Positions 37,997 to 50,946 of a stretch of 64,000 nt of DNA are shown here, piece by piece (the stretch's first letter is position 1; the number at the start of each line of letters is the position of its first letter). The position numbers and the translations under genes are program-made. The stretch is from Octopus vulgaris (lineage: Eukaryota), in assembly GCA_951406725.2 (NCBI GenBank), contig OX597829.1, forward strand, positions 19,406,001-19,470,000, given 5' to 3'. Under the pieces are notes generated by a model. That model searched no databases and had not been told where the DNA came from. It worked only from the letters and a program-made list of their open reading frames with translations.

Positions 37997-40900
37997 ACTG
38001 GATTTTAAGCAACTTCAGTTGACACAAACTATAGATCCACCATCCTCCCCAAACTAATCTTACAGTACATTCATTCACATGTTGAGCATTATTATGGTCC
38101 ATATACACTACTGATATTGCGGTCAAAGATTGATGTTGATACTATGCTGGGTCCGTCTGTCCTTTTTAAAAGGTCTTGCTTTGGTCCAGCACAGTCCCTA
38201 GCAAGCAACCCTATTCACAAGGTTAGAAAGGTGTGTGTGCCAGTTTAGTATCTGATGTCCTGACAATGTAACAGGTGTTACCTAAAGTACTAAGTAACCC
38301 TACAAACTAAACAAATAGAATCCTTACATCAAAACAAGAATAAAAAAAAAAAAGAAAAACAGTATTACTAACTCTTAGCAAAGACTGTACTACTTTCAAG
38401 CTGCATTTTATATTAATTGTAATTGTCAATATTAATGTATTTGCAAGTAAGCCAAGCTGCTGATGGTTATCCATTGAAAAGGATATTCTAAATTCTTTCC
38501 AAAATATGATAGCTTCAAGGAGAGACCACAAAACTCATGAACTGTACACAAAGAAGAATTAAATATACATGAACATAATTTAAATCAGGTTTGACCTGGC
38601 AGCAACTTGGGCAAGTAGTTGTTGTAATTATGCATACCCATGGATAGAAATCTTACATTTAATAAAGATTGTGTGTGTATGTATGTCTGCAAAGACAAAA
38701 AAGATCAAGTATTTAACTGAATGAGATATTTGGAAGGTGGGAGTGGAGACTACGGTTTGCTATGTCACAATTTCAAATACAAATGCAGGTGTTGGCATCA
38801 ATGCACAGAATATTGCCTACCTAACTGGAAAATATTAATACTAGGCGCTTCAAGGAACATTCGTCAACCTAGCAGCACATAGGGTTGGAGATTTCAACAC
38901 TGAAAGCACCAGCAATTCTATACACTTTAAAAGAACCAGTTCATTCAGGAAATGACATACATGCTTTTTCTATACATCATTTCTTTCAACTAAGGAATGG
39001 ATGTAATTTTAATATTTAAGTCAATAAAAACAAAACAAATTTCATTAAATGAGGAAAGAAAAACGACTGCTTCGTACTTATAAGTAAGTGCTGAGGCTAC
39101 CTTATGTAAGTCAAGAGCTCAGCAACAACCAGTTCTATGAAGTCTTGTAATTAATAAGACCGTTCTATTTCTCAAACACAAAAAAAATTTTAAGTGAAAC
39201 TTTGTGATACCTTTAAATAGCACGAGTATTAAAAGATATCACATGGAGTGTTGATCGTTATTAGTTGATTTAAATCAGCACTGTTTATAGACTACTACTT
39301 TTTTTTTTTTTTTTTGGATTTGCACTTAGTCATCGGGCTTTTTTAGTTTTGAAGACAACCTTACTAATAATAATCAATACTCTCAGTTTGTTGACTAACA
39401 CAACCCATATTCCAAGAGTTTATAGAATGATATGCAATGCAATTTGTACAAAAGAAAATGCTTTTAGTTAAAAATAAAATTACAGAACATAAAATTATTC
39501 TAAAAGATCGGTTTTAATCTATTATATATATAAAATATGAAGCTACACACCTGAAAGACTAATCAAAAATAATACAATAATAATCCGTTGTCTGAATAGT
39601 ATTTCACAGATTGCAACCTGTCTAAGGTAAAACCAAAACTTAATTCCTTCATACCATATGTCTAAATCTATACAAAAGCATTTCTGATCAGACCGAAATA
39701 TGTGCTGCATATTCAAGTCTCAAGACCTACTATACATATGTTGACATCTTTCATTACGCTGCTAGGTTCGAGATGAATTTGATTAAGAAGCATGTGAGGA
39801 ATCTGATTGAAAAATGCACAAGAAATTAAATATTCAATTTCCATGTATGTCAACTGTTTTTCAACGTTAGTAGTTGATTATTAAGTCGAATTCATAAACT
39901 AGTATCTGGAACACGCTTCAAATTATAAATGCACTAAATAAGCATTTATATTCATATACCAAACATCGAACAAAAAAATATAGGTGTGGTTTTGTTGTTC
40001 TGTCAAGATCGTTGTTGTTATTTTTTTAAATATTTAGTTTTCCCTTACAAGCACTATCATCATTAATTAACGATATTATAACAGCTAGGATGGGAATAAT
40101 TTATTTTTTTTAGGGACACAGCTTATAATTCCATTCTCATATTTATTTACCAGCCGAAGTATTTTAACACAGCGATGCTTGTATAAATAGCAATTATGAG
40201 CTTCAATTATTATTAATTACATTAAACAAAATTACACCACACTCATAGTAAAAGACCGTATTTGATATTAGTACGTACGACTATGGGAAAATTGACAAAT
40301 CTGACCGTTGATCATTTATAGCTAAGTCTTTTAAAATTAACGAAAACATTTGACTGACTACCTATCTGTCACATCTAAAAGAAGGTAAGATGATTTCCGT
40401 AATGTTGAAATAAGCAAGCGTATTATATAGACCAATATTTAACTAAACTGCTACAATACATTTAAGAGGCAAATAGGTAAGAGAATTGGGAGGGAATAAA
40501 AAAAAATATAAACCAAAATTGAAATGTGATGTGTGGGAGGGAATATTTTTAAAGACCAAAATGTTATCTCACTCCTTCACAGTAAAAAAAAAAATTGTTT
40601 ACAAAATGCTTTCCAGTACAGTAGGTATTTCAGCCAAAACAAAGCATTTCGTTTTCAAAGAAAGTTTGAATTTAAAAAACACTGAATATGAATAATCAGT
40701 CACTCATTTTTTTTGTTTTTTGTTCACATAATCAGAAATATACATAACATATATATAGTTCTTTTTTTTTAAACCTACGTGTATATTTCAGGTACATGTA
40801 TGAGAGATATATATCAAATTGATACATGTATCAAACTCTGGGGACCCCCGAACGGCAATTTTTCAAGACTAAAAAGGAAATTAGGCCTCCTCAAATGTAC

Positions 40901-41859
40901 ACAACTACACATACATATATACACACGCGCACACGCATGCACCTGAAATATACACGTAGGTAGGTTAACAAAGAACTATATATGCCACAAGAAAACTGGT
41001 TAGCCTCAAAGTTCATTGATATATATATTAGTTATATACATAACGAATCCACACACCCTCAATCCATCACAACTGACATGGGGCCTCTGTGTGTGTGCGC
41101 GTTTATATATATATATATATAGATACATACACACACCTTTAGTAGTCAAAAAGAGGTTATTGTTTACAGTAAAGAGCAAAAATAGGTATATATGCGCGGT
41201 AATACACACAGATAAGTAAGCTTAATTGTACCGCATTTAATAAGAGGCAATTATTAACTGTATTTTTATGTAAACGGTGTTGTGTGTGCGTGTTTTTTTT
41301 TTTAAAGTCGGTTCAACATCGGTCTGTGCGTCTTCCATTACGATTTTTCCACTTCGCTTTTTCTCTGCATTTAAATCTCTGAATTAGAATATCATGACGG
41401 CTGGAAAGGTTTAGTTGGAAGAATTGAGGGCGCTTAAAAAGATGCTAATACACACACACACACACGCACGCACGTGTGTGTGTGTGTGTGTGTGTTCACG
41501 AAACCAAAGAACGCACACATAGATATATATATATATATATAGATAGATAGATAGAATGAACATTATGTATATATATAGTTAATAATGGTAATGAAAAAAA
41601 AAAGGAAAAATAATAATATTCAAATATATGTATAATACGACAAAAGGCAAACAGAAAGAAAATCAGACGCTGAATTCAACAAGAAACTGTAAAATTGTAA
41701 TAATGAGCTTGCAAAAGAGAAGCTAAAAAGATTTTTTTTTAGCTTCTCTCAGCCAGAAACGTAAATGGAACAACCCAAATATATAGATTATATTGTGTAG
41801 TATTTACATGGTTACAATTCAGTCTCTAAGTTAACACACAAAGGCCAACGTACATGTTT

Positions 41860-42100
41860 ATACACACACATATATATATATCTACACACACATACGTTTA
41901 TACATATATATATATATACATATATATACGAATATCTATACACACATACGTGTATATATATATATATATATACACATATATATACGCATATCTATACACA
42001 CATACGTGTATATATATATACATATATACACATATATACGCATATCTATACACACACATATATACACATATATATACGCATATCTATACACAAATACGTG

Positions 42101-42146
<46 letters not shown>

Positions 42147-42172
42147 TACGCATATCTATACACACATACGTG

Positions 42173-42206
<34 letters not shown>

Positions 42207-42246
42207 TATATATACGCATATCTATACACACATACGTGTATATATA

Positions 42247-42282
<36 letters not shown>

Positions 42283-42447
42283 CGCATATCTATACACACA
42301 TACGTGTATATATATATATACATATATATACGCATATCTATACACACATACGTGTATATATATATATACATATATATACGCATATCTATACACACATACG
42401 TGTATATATATATATACATATATATACGCATATCTATACACACATAC

Positions 42448-42490
<43 letters not shown>

Positions 42491-42583
42491 TACGCATATC
42501 TATACACACATACGCGTGTATATATATACACACACATATATATACGCATATCTATACACACATACGTGTATATATATATATAC

Positions 42584-42618
<35 letters not shown>

Positions 42619-42620
42619 TC
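41860..42620. repeat. Compound minisatellite: ~13 copies of tacgcatatctatacacacatacgtg separated by variable (TA)n/CA spacers
   Basis: Directly visible; accounts for the long Y/I/H/T ORFs at 41854-42811. Confidence 0.95.
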
Positions 42621-42621
42621 T

Positions 42622-42659
<38 letters not shown>

Positions 42660-42831
42660 GGCTTTGTGTGAAGAAATACATATTACAAAAAGGTAGTGGT
42701 AATTGTTGGTTTTGCTTTGGCGATGAAGAAGTTGGCGAGGAGTTTAAAGCCAACATTCGAAGAGCAGACACCAACATGAAGGAAGGAAGGATTGGCAACA
42801 TCAACTACTAAACCAAAAAGAAAGGAAACGA

Positions 42832-42945
42832 AATGATGATGATGATGATAATGACAATGACAATAATAACAACAACAACAATGATAATAATAATACAATA
42901 ATAAATAATAACAATAACATAATAATAATAATAATAATAATAATA
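42832..42945. repeat. (GAT)n/(AAC)n/(AAT)n trinucleotide run
   Basis: Directly visible. Confidence 0.9.
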
Positions 42946-43295
42946 GTAAATCTAAGCAAATTACAATGCAATAAATACGAGTTTTGCTAACATTTTTTCA
43001 AGTGAGATTAGACTTGAATTCTTAAAATAAAAACGATGATTTGATAAATATATATATATATATATATATGTTTGTATGTATGTATGTATGTATGTATAAT
43101 AAGAGAGAGAGAGAGAGGATATATAGATACGAGACGGAACAGTTGAGACGGAAATATTGAAGACAGACAGACACACAAAGTATCAGTGAAAGATTGTGTA
43201 ATTCTTCGCTTCCTTGTCGGGAGAGAGACAAAGATAGTTCAGAACACACTTGATGGTGGTTGCCATCACGATAATTGTTTATCATTTTCAATATA

Positions 43296-43421
43296 AACCA
43301 ATTATATCCATACACATAATCTAATGCACACACACATTATACATAGATATATATATATATAAATGTATGTATGTATAATGTGTGTGTGTGCTTTAGATTA
43401 TGTGTATGGATATAATTGGTT
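43296..43421. repeat. Near-perfect palindrome with ~49-bp arms around (AT)n
   Basis: aaccaattatatccatacacataatctaa.gcacacacac..ttatacata and its reverse complement; both strands translate to CALDYVYGYNW. Confidence 0.95.
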
Positions 43422-44372
43422 ATACATACATATATATACATACACACATATATGTATATGTATGTATATAAAGGTCACATCAACGCCAAGACAAACATCA
43501 GACACACACCACAGTAAAATATTCAATACTTCGATTTTTAATGCAATATTGATTATATATACACACACACACACAAATAATACATATATGTATGATTTTA
43601 TATACATATATATAGTGTGGCAAAGACAGCAATGTATGTATATAATGGCTTAAGTTAACTGATGGTATGTAAATAAAATTCAGAGGCCCTTATAAATAAA
43701 CTGTGAGATTTCTAATGGTGTGTGTGTGTATATATATATATATAAATATATATATATAATGGTGTGTTGAAAAAAAGCTTTTCATCGTTATTGAAAGCCC
43801 AGTTAAGGAAAGAAGCGAGAAAATATGAATATGAAAAAGGAAGCAATTTAACATGAATGCTGCATGTATATATATATATATATTTCTCACAGAAGAAGGT
43901 TCCTTTTATATATATTATGGCCTTTTCTTTTCTTTTTTTTTTTTAGAAAATAATAATAATAATAATAATGATAATAATAATAAATCTGTTCTTTGTAATC
44001 AGTTTTTTTTTTCTTTTCTTTTTAACCAGAAGTGGTTTTAAGTAGTAATAAATAAAACAGAGACACACACACACACAAAAGAAAAAGATTTTAAAATGAC
44101 AAACAGACAGAAAAGGACGAAGACACACAGACAGATTAGACATATAAACATAGAAGAAGAAAAAACAAGGCAATACATATAATAGATATCATTATCATCA
44201 TCATCATATATATACATGTGTATATATATATATACACATGCTAACATAGATATATAATCTTGTAACAATATATACACACACACACACACATTATACATAG
44301 ATATATTAATATTATGTGTGTGTGTGTGTGTTTAAATTCGAAAGGGAAAATACTTTAATGATCTTTGCTCAC

Positions 44373-45200
44373 CTTATCGCGAGGAATAGGGCCTTTGGTC
44401 CCCATATCCTGCTTTACTTGTCTTTGCTCCTACGTAGTTTTATAAAGACTTAAACAAAAAACCTGGGGGGGGGAAGAGACTCGGTATTATAAGCTTCTTG
44501 TTTTCTTTCTTTTTCTTTTTTCTTTAGAGCTTTCTCTCTCTCACTCTCTCTCTCTCTCTATTTCTTTCTTTCTTTCTCTCTCTCTCTCTCTCTTTCTTTC
44601 TGTTTTGTTTTTGTGTTGTTTGGCCTTTTGTTGTTGTTGTTGGTGGTTTTTTTTTGGTGGTGTTTTCTTCTTCAGGGGGTTTTGGCCTTTTTCTTGGTGT
44701 GTGTGTGTGTGTGTGTGTTTCTTTTTTTTTCTTTTTTAGGACAAACTCAGACGACGAAGTCGAATAATTTTCAACTGCATCGACGGCTTTCCGGCATTTT
44801 AAAACAGACTGATACCCATTAAGACACTGAAACACGGCGTGGTGTGTTCTTTTTTTTCTTAGTTTTTTTTTTAACGACGAAAGAAACACTGGCAGGCAAA
44901 AAAAAACAACCCGACATTAGGTCAACCTTTCTTCAGTGGTGTTTCTCCATAACTCGGTGTTTGGTTATTATGGCGTCTAGTGGAGGTGGTGGTGAGAGAG
45001 AGAGAAAGAGAAAGAGAGTAAAGGGAGAAAACGGAGAGAATGAGACGGCGAGAGCGAGTAAGTGAGCGAGTGAATTGAGAGTGAGCGCAAACGACACATA
45101 CAGAGAACGCGAGGGGGGTGAAAAAAGAGGGACAGTGAGAGGAGAGTGAGTGCAGTGCAGTACAAGCAAACAGGGAAGGAGTAGGAGGAAGGGGAGAGAC
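44373..45200 (-). other. Candidate first exon of the minus-strand gene
   Basis: Consensus donor AAG|GTGAGC at 44373/44372; CpG-rich; (CT)n leader; YY1-like CGCCATAA at 44975-44968. The 5' end is uncertain. Confidence 0.65.
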
Positions 45201-45204
45201 CGCA

Positions 45205-45300
45205 ATGCATTGTGGGCGTGTTAGTGTTGAAATTTTATGGAGGCGGGGCGGTAGTTAAGTGGCGTCAGGCAGAGAGAGCACATTGCGTCGACGTCAGAGG
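45205..45300. promoter_or_regulatory. Candidate bidirectional core promoter
   Basis: GC/GT boxes GGGCGTG (45214) and GGCGGGGCGG (45242); CRE-like TGGCGTCA (45260) and GACGTCA (45290); lies between two outward-facing splice donors. Confidence 0.65.
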
Positions 45301-45419
45301 AACAGAGGCACACATTTCGATGCTCGATGCTTTTTTTCTGAAATGGTCTGTTGTTGTTGTGGGCAGCAACGACAACGGCTCTGATGCTTTTTTTTTATGA
45401 TTCTTGAACAACTTCCACG
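45300..45419 (+). other. Candidate first exon of a plus-strand transcript
   Basis: Donor ACG|GTAAGA at 45419/45420, followed by T-rich intron-like sequence; no product identifiable. Confidence 0.55.
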
Positions 45420-45925
45420 GTAAGAATCGGATCTTCTAATTGGTACTTTTAAAATTAATTATTAACTTTTTTTTTCTTCATGAATTCTAACAGATCTTTT
45501 ACTATTTATCTTTCCTTCACCTCTCTCTCTCTCCCTCCATCCATCCTTCGTGCGAGGACCTGTTTTTTTATCTGTCAACTTGCAATAAATACATAAGAAC
45601 TGTTTTTATTATTTTATTCAGAACTGAAATTATCACAAGTCACTCCACTCAGAGTTTCCCCCCGGTTCTGTTCGTCGAATAAATTTTATTCTTCTCTTAT
45701 ATGAAGACTTTTTATCCCCCGTTTAAAAGAAGCACATACCATTAGAATGACCCCCCCACAAAAAAAAAAAAAACACGCACACACACACACGCCTAAAAGT
45801 TTTGCGGTTTTTCTTCGATTCAAAGAACACCGTATTCTAGTATGTAAGTTTTTTTTCTTTAACTCTTGGAAAAATCATTTAACAATTTTTGTTTTACTGT
45901 TTCATGTCTTTGATATATTCATGCG

Positions 45926-46052
45926 GATCCTCGAAAGTCACTAAATAAGCAAATTGAACTATATACAAAATAAAAGGATTATATATATATATATCCTTAT
46001 TTTATTTTGCATGTAAGTTGAATTTGCTTATTTAATAGTTTTCGAGGGGATC
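45926..46052. repeat. Inverted repeat with ~55-bp arms around (AT)n
   Basis: cctcgaaa..taaataagcaaattgaact..caaaataaaaggat versus atcctta.tttattttg..agttgaatttgcttattta..tttcgagg. Confidence 0.9.
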
Positions 46053-49000
46053 GCCCTTACCTTTCCCATTTATGCTAGCAATTGCCGCTATTTACTTATT
46101 GGTATACAAAAATTGACAACTCATTGATTCAATAATTTTGATTCTTTTTTGATATGAAAATATTTGTATAAACCCTGTTTTGTTGTTTGCTTTTAAATGC
46201 TATTTCTAAATTTGTTTAAAAGTAATTATTATATCTACAGGTATTTTTAAGATGTAACTTCTGGTTGGCTGATATGGATGACGGTTCTTGTCATCTTTTG
46301 GTTTTTAATCCAAACCAGCCCCGATCGAAAGAATGTACATTAAAGTTTTTCGATATAGTAATGATCATTCTGTATTTTTGCATTTCTAAAATTACATTCA
46401 ATGTATCGTTTGCCAAAAAATAAAAGGTGGGGTTGAAATACGATTTGAAGGAGATTTGGCTGCTATTTCTACCAGGTCAGTCGACCGCATGGATGCTTAT
46501 TCCCTCATCATTGCTGCAGTCGTTCATAATTTCGAACCATTCTGTTTTATAAGTACCGCACCTACATATTATTCTCTTTGCTGAAAAAAAATAATTGTTT
46601 ACTCGTATTTTCTTGAAATTATCACTTTCTTTGAAATGTCTCAGCAATAATGAAAATAAAATTCTTGAAAACCAACTTCTTTTAAAATACCCAAAGTTTC
46701 TTTCTTTCTTTCTATTTCTCTTACCCGTTTCTTTTAGTTTTGAACTAAATATACTTTCTGAAATAACTTCGGAAATAATCTGTTGTTCCGATTATTTGGG
46801 TGTTCTTATCTTAAACAGTCCCCTTTCCCCTAATTCTGGTCGTTTGTAGGGCAAGTGAGTCGCTTGGTAGTACGGTAACTTATTTCCATCGTCCACACAC
46901 GCAACTCGCTCATAAATACAAATACACGTTGGTTTATATAGTTTACTAAGTTTAGATTTTGAAATTAAATTCTATAATGCCAATATGATCCTGTCACTTT
47001 TGAGATTTTGCTGTAGAATTAGATTTTTTTTTCCTGCTTTTTTTGTTTTCTTCCATTTGAACAGCGATTAAGTCGGGTGTCATAAACGGTTTCTTTTTTT
47101 GTTTGTTTTTTAATTGGAAAAGTTCTCGTATCAATCCCAGCATCCCCATACCACAGTCTCGACACATTTTTCACCCTGGTTTAGAGAAGTTCCAGTCGAA
47201 ACAACACGGGTGTAAATTGAAGAGGTGGGGAAATTATTTGCTATTCTTTCGCTGATAGCTTAACTCTTTAATGCTTAAAAGCTAATATGTAAATCAGGTA
47301 TTTATCTATTTATCATACTATTTTGTTTCATCAAATAATTACTTATAAATAATTTGAGAGTATTGTTTTATCACCCCACCTTTTTTTTTCCACTTCGAGT
47401 AAGTTGGTAACACACGATCTTCATAATATTTAATAGGTAAACTCTTTTTCAACTTACCTCTTTGCTCCCCCCTCGTACAGTGATAATGTTCAGCTTGATA
47501 GATGCGCAATAATTCCTACCTTTATCTTAGTTCTCGCAAAAAACTTTGTAATCATTATTTCTAGTTCGCAGTCTGTAACTTTTCTTTGATTTCAGATTAT
47601 ACATATGCACTGGTGTCTTTTTTTTCTTCTTCTTCTTTAAACTGTATGATATAGTCCATTTCTTTTACACCTTATATCGAATAATAATTATGCTATTACA
47701 ACAAATATTTCACTTCGTTCAGTCTTTATTTGTTCTAATACATATTTGTTTTATATAAAAGATATTATTTTATATGCTACACATTTTTATTCCTGTAATT
47801 TCTTTATATTTATGCCTACATTTTTGTTTTTTGAATTTCAAATTTATTCAATAAGTTTTGCGAAATGCATATGGTTTCAATTTATAATCTCATGTAGGAC
47901 GCTTTAGTTGACGAAAATTCCAATCTGAATTGACTAAGACAAAAATTCGTTAAATGGAAGTCCGTCTCCTCGGGAGATAGATCACCTCTCAACATTATAA
48001 TTTCTGCATATTACTTGTGATCACCTAGCCGTGGAGATTTGTTATGAAAATTTCAGAGTAAAGTTACATAGAAAAGGGTTGCTATCGAAAATGACGATTG
48101 CCTATTTCTTTCAACGCCACCGATACCGGTTAAGTATCGGTAATATAATTTTATAACTTTTTAAAAACTGATTGAACTTCAGTTCTTAGATCCAGATACC
48201 ATTATCAAGGGCGGAGAATTGATAGAATGGTGTAAAATACCACTCAAAGTACTCAAAATGCCTTGAGTACTTTCTTTAGCTGAGATCTTGCTGGGTTACA
48301 CTTCGGTTACCAACTATTTCCTCCCACAAACTGTGAGGTCTTAGACCAATGTTAGAAATATTTTTTTCATTTCGCCTCTTGATCCGTTGTTTTCTAATAT
48401 TTAAATGCTATTGCTATTCACTGATCAATTTAAAGATTTTATTTTTGTCACCTACGTGCCCAGTCTCCTCCGTAAAACGATGTAATGTTTTCCTTTGGAA
48501 AAAGAAAAAATACTCGTCAGTTTCTAAATTACTCTCAACTTACATTTATAAAGTTAGAGATGTAAAATTGTTTCGTTTACGCAGCCTAGATTCGATCATA
48601 ATCGAAGTCCTATCATTCTTAGTGGAGTGTATCAATGAATTTGAAAGACAAAACATTACGAAGTACCATTTCCATCTGTCCTCTCAAAATATATAGCACT
48701 TGTATCCAGGCAAAGGACACCAATGATTTCAATGTCTTGTTTTATTTGCTTTTTTTTAAGACAGCTGTGATTTCAATGGTTTAACTCTTATCTGCAATGT
48801 TTATAAAAATTTTGATATTTGCAATGTGTCATTGAAACAAGTGTTTTATATATTCATTTACTAAGACACTCCAGAAAGTTAATAGTAAGGTTAGAGGTGA
48901 TCTCTACATTTTAGGTAGATCCATGTGTTGTGATCAGCATGAAATATCTACTTTCACATGAAGTTTTAAGCTCCTCTCATAAACTTTTCTTTTAAGAATA

Positions 49001-50682
49001 ATGAAAATGTTTCAAGCTTCTCGTTATCCTGAAGAGAATTGAAGCTAAGAGAGTCCTTTAGAGTTGCAGGCATTTGGTTATTATCTTTAAATTTTGATTT
49101 TTAATATGCAAGTTGGCTGCCTCTACTTTTAATATGCTTACAACAATAATAAACGTTATTTTTTTTGCAACTCTATTGTATTATGTACATTATATTGAGA
49201 GCATTAGCACATAATGTGTTTTTACACTTCTAAAAATAGTTTCTTAATGAATTGTTCTGTCATGCAAGAAACAGCAGTTTTTGTGTGAGACATAAGCTTC
49301 AACGCATTTTTTGAGAAGCTCAAATTAGGTATGATTGCCATATGGCCTTTTCTCGTCTTATTTATATCTGTAATTCTTGAATAGCTAATGTTATTTTTAA
49401 TTATCATCATAGAAAAGTGGCTGCAAAAGCTACGATGATGACTAAACTTCATACATAGCTGTTTGTTTTTAGGGTTCAACCTAACCTATTCTAAGTCATT
49501 AGCCAACTACATATCTGATTCTGGTATGTTTTATCGGCTATAGCTTGCCACATTGGGTTTTTACTCCACATGTAGCTTTCACTCATAATTGGTCTTGCAT
49601 TCATTAACCAAAAACTTCTAATATTCTGTAGCTCACATGCTTTCATTCAGCTTGTGTCCCAAGCTTTGTTGCTTCAGCTTTTCTTTCTGTCTTTATTAGT
49701 TTATTTCTCACTATTTTTTCTAATATCAACTTGCCACCCATTGCTACATGCATTCAGGCTCCAATCTCTGGTCTCGGGGTAACTTTTCCCACACCACTCC
49801 CTTCTTATAAGACCTGGAAAAAAATTCATGGGCACTTCTCTTCCCCTTCTCCTTAATCTATTTAAAATTTTAAAAAAGGCCTATTTCATAAAATGTGAGA
49901 TAATTTCCATGCCAGCTCGGAGGGAACTTTTTTTTAAGTTGTACAATTAAAGAACATATTATCACAAGATCCACTGCTTTCATTAATAATAAATTCATGT
50001 AGGTTACAAGGCCAGTCCACTCTATCTACTTTTAAACCTTAATGGTTCAGAATGTTCACCTCTTTAGACATTTGTACTGCTGGTACTTAGCACCACCATT
50101 AATTGAGATACAGAGTTCCTGCTCCCTATTATTTTCTTTCAGAAAAATACTAATATCTAAAGAAAATTATTGGTATCTTCCCAATTTGGAAAATTAGTCT
50201 TATTGTGTGTTTTACTAACATTGAGTTTTTTTTTTTTTATGGTGGGGTTAAGTAAATAGTGCAGACATGGTTGTATAAGTATAAAGCTTGCTTCCCAACC
50301 ACATGGTTTCAGATGTAGTTCCTCTACATGGCATCTTGGGCGGGTTTCTTCTACTTTAGAAACTGAAAGATGCATGTGTTTGTGTGTCCCCCTTATCTTG
50401 ACATCACATGACTGTTGTAGATAAATGTCATACATTTCCAATATTTTATGGTACCGCTTCTGACCATGGTTACATTACTTGAAAACAAGTGAGGTTTGGC
50501 AATGGGAAGCCATACAAAATCTGCCCCAACAAATTCTGTCTGACCTGTGCAAGCAATGAAAGATGAACATTATGATGATAATGAACATCTGTCCTAATCC
50601 CTTTACTCATTCTTATGACCCCAGACATCCATAAACATGTGTTCTTGATGAGAGCAAACTCAATTTTCATTCATTCCAGCAA

Positions 50683-50873
50683 TGTGCTGGTGGCACGTAA
50701 AAGCACCCACTACATTCTCGAAGTGGTTAGCTTTAGGAAAGGCATCCAACTGTAGAAACTCAGCCATATCAGATTGGAGCTTGGTGCAGCCATCTGGTTC
50801 GCCAGACCTCAGTCAAATCGTCCAACCCATGCTATTATGGAAAGTGGACATTAAGTGATGATGATGATGATGA
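50683..50873 (+). mobile_element. Family B repeat
   Basis: gtgctggtggcacgtaaaagcacccac ... gtccaacccatgct..atggaaagtggacattaagtgatgatgatg. Confidence 0.9.
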
Positions 50874-50946
50874 TCTAGGTCTGGAGAAAACAAATTTGGA
50901 TACTGTAAAATTTTTAACCCAATTCACTCACTCTCTCTCTCTCTAA

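Larger units (their letters stand above)
37524..38299 (-). other. Candidate 5'-leader exon 2 of the minus-strand gene, uORF-rich (host possibly NDST/sulfateless-like, unverified)
   Basis: Long polypyrimidine tract with AGs at 38308/38301/38283; donor TTG|GTATGT at 37523; repeat-free and locally CpG-rich; several AUG ORFs. Confidence 0.55.

Noticed and set aside
37639-38022. 127-aa plus-strand ORF
   Set aside because: Starts at TTG, has no splice support on the plus strand, and is antisense to the better-supported minus-strand exon.
41716-41749. Perfect 14-bp hairpin with a T-run, terminator-like
   Set aside because: Rho-independent terminators are not relevant in a eukaryotic intron, and part of the stem is an A/T homopolymer.
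42660-42810. Possible minus-strand cassette exon after a strong pyrimidine tract (TTTAG/TAG at 42809-42805)
   Set aside because: No convincing donor; wedged between microsatellites; peptide uninformative.
41854-42811. Long ORFs (221-257 aa) on both strands and a repeat-spacer look resembling CRISPR
   Set aside because: The ORFs are translations of (TA)/(CA) repeats; the spacers are microsatellite, not unique; eukaryotic context with no cas genes.
44524-45205. ORFs of 69-121 aa around the promoter
   Set aside because: Low-complexity (GA)n/(CT)n/poly-A translations, several with non-ATG starts; better explained as 5' UTR.
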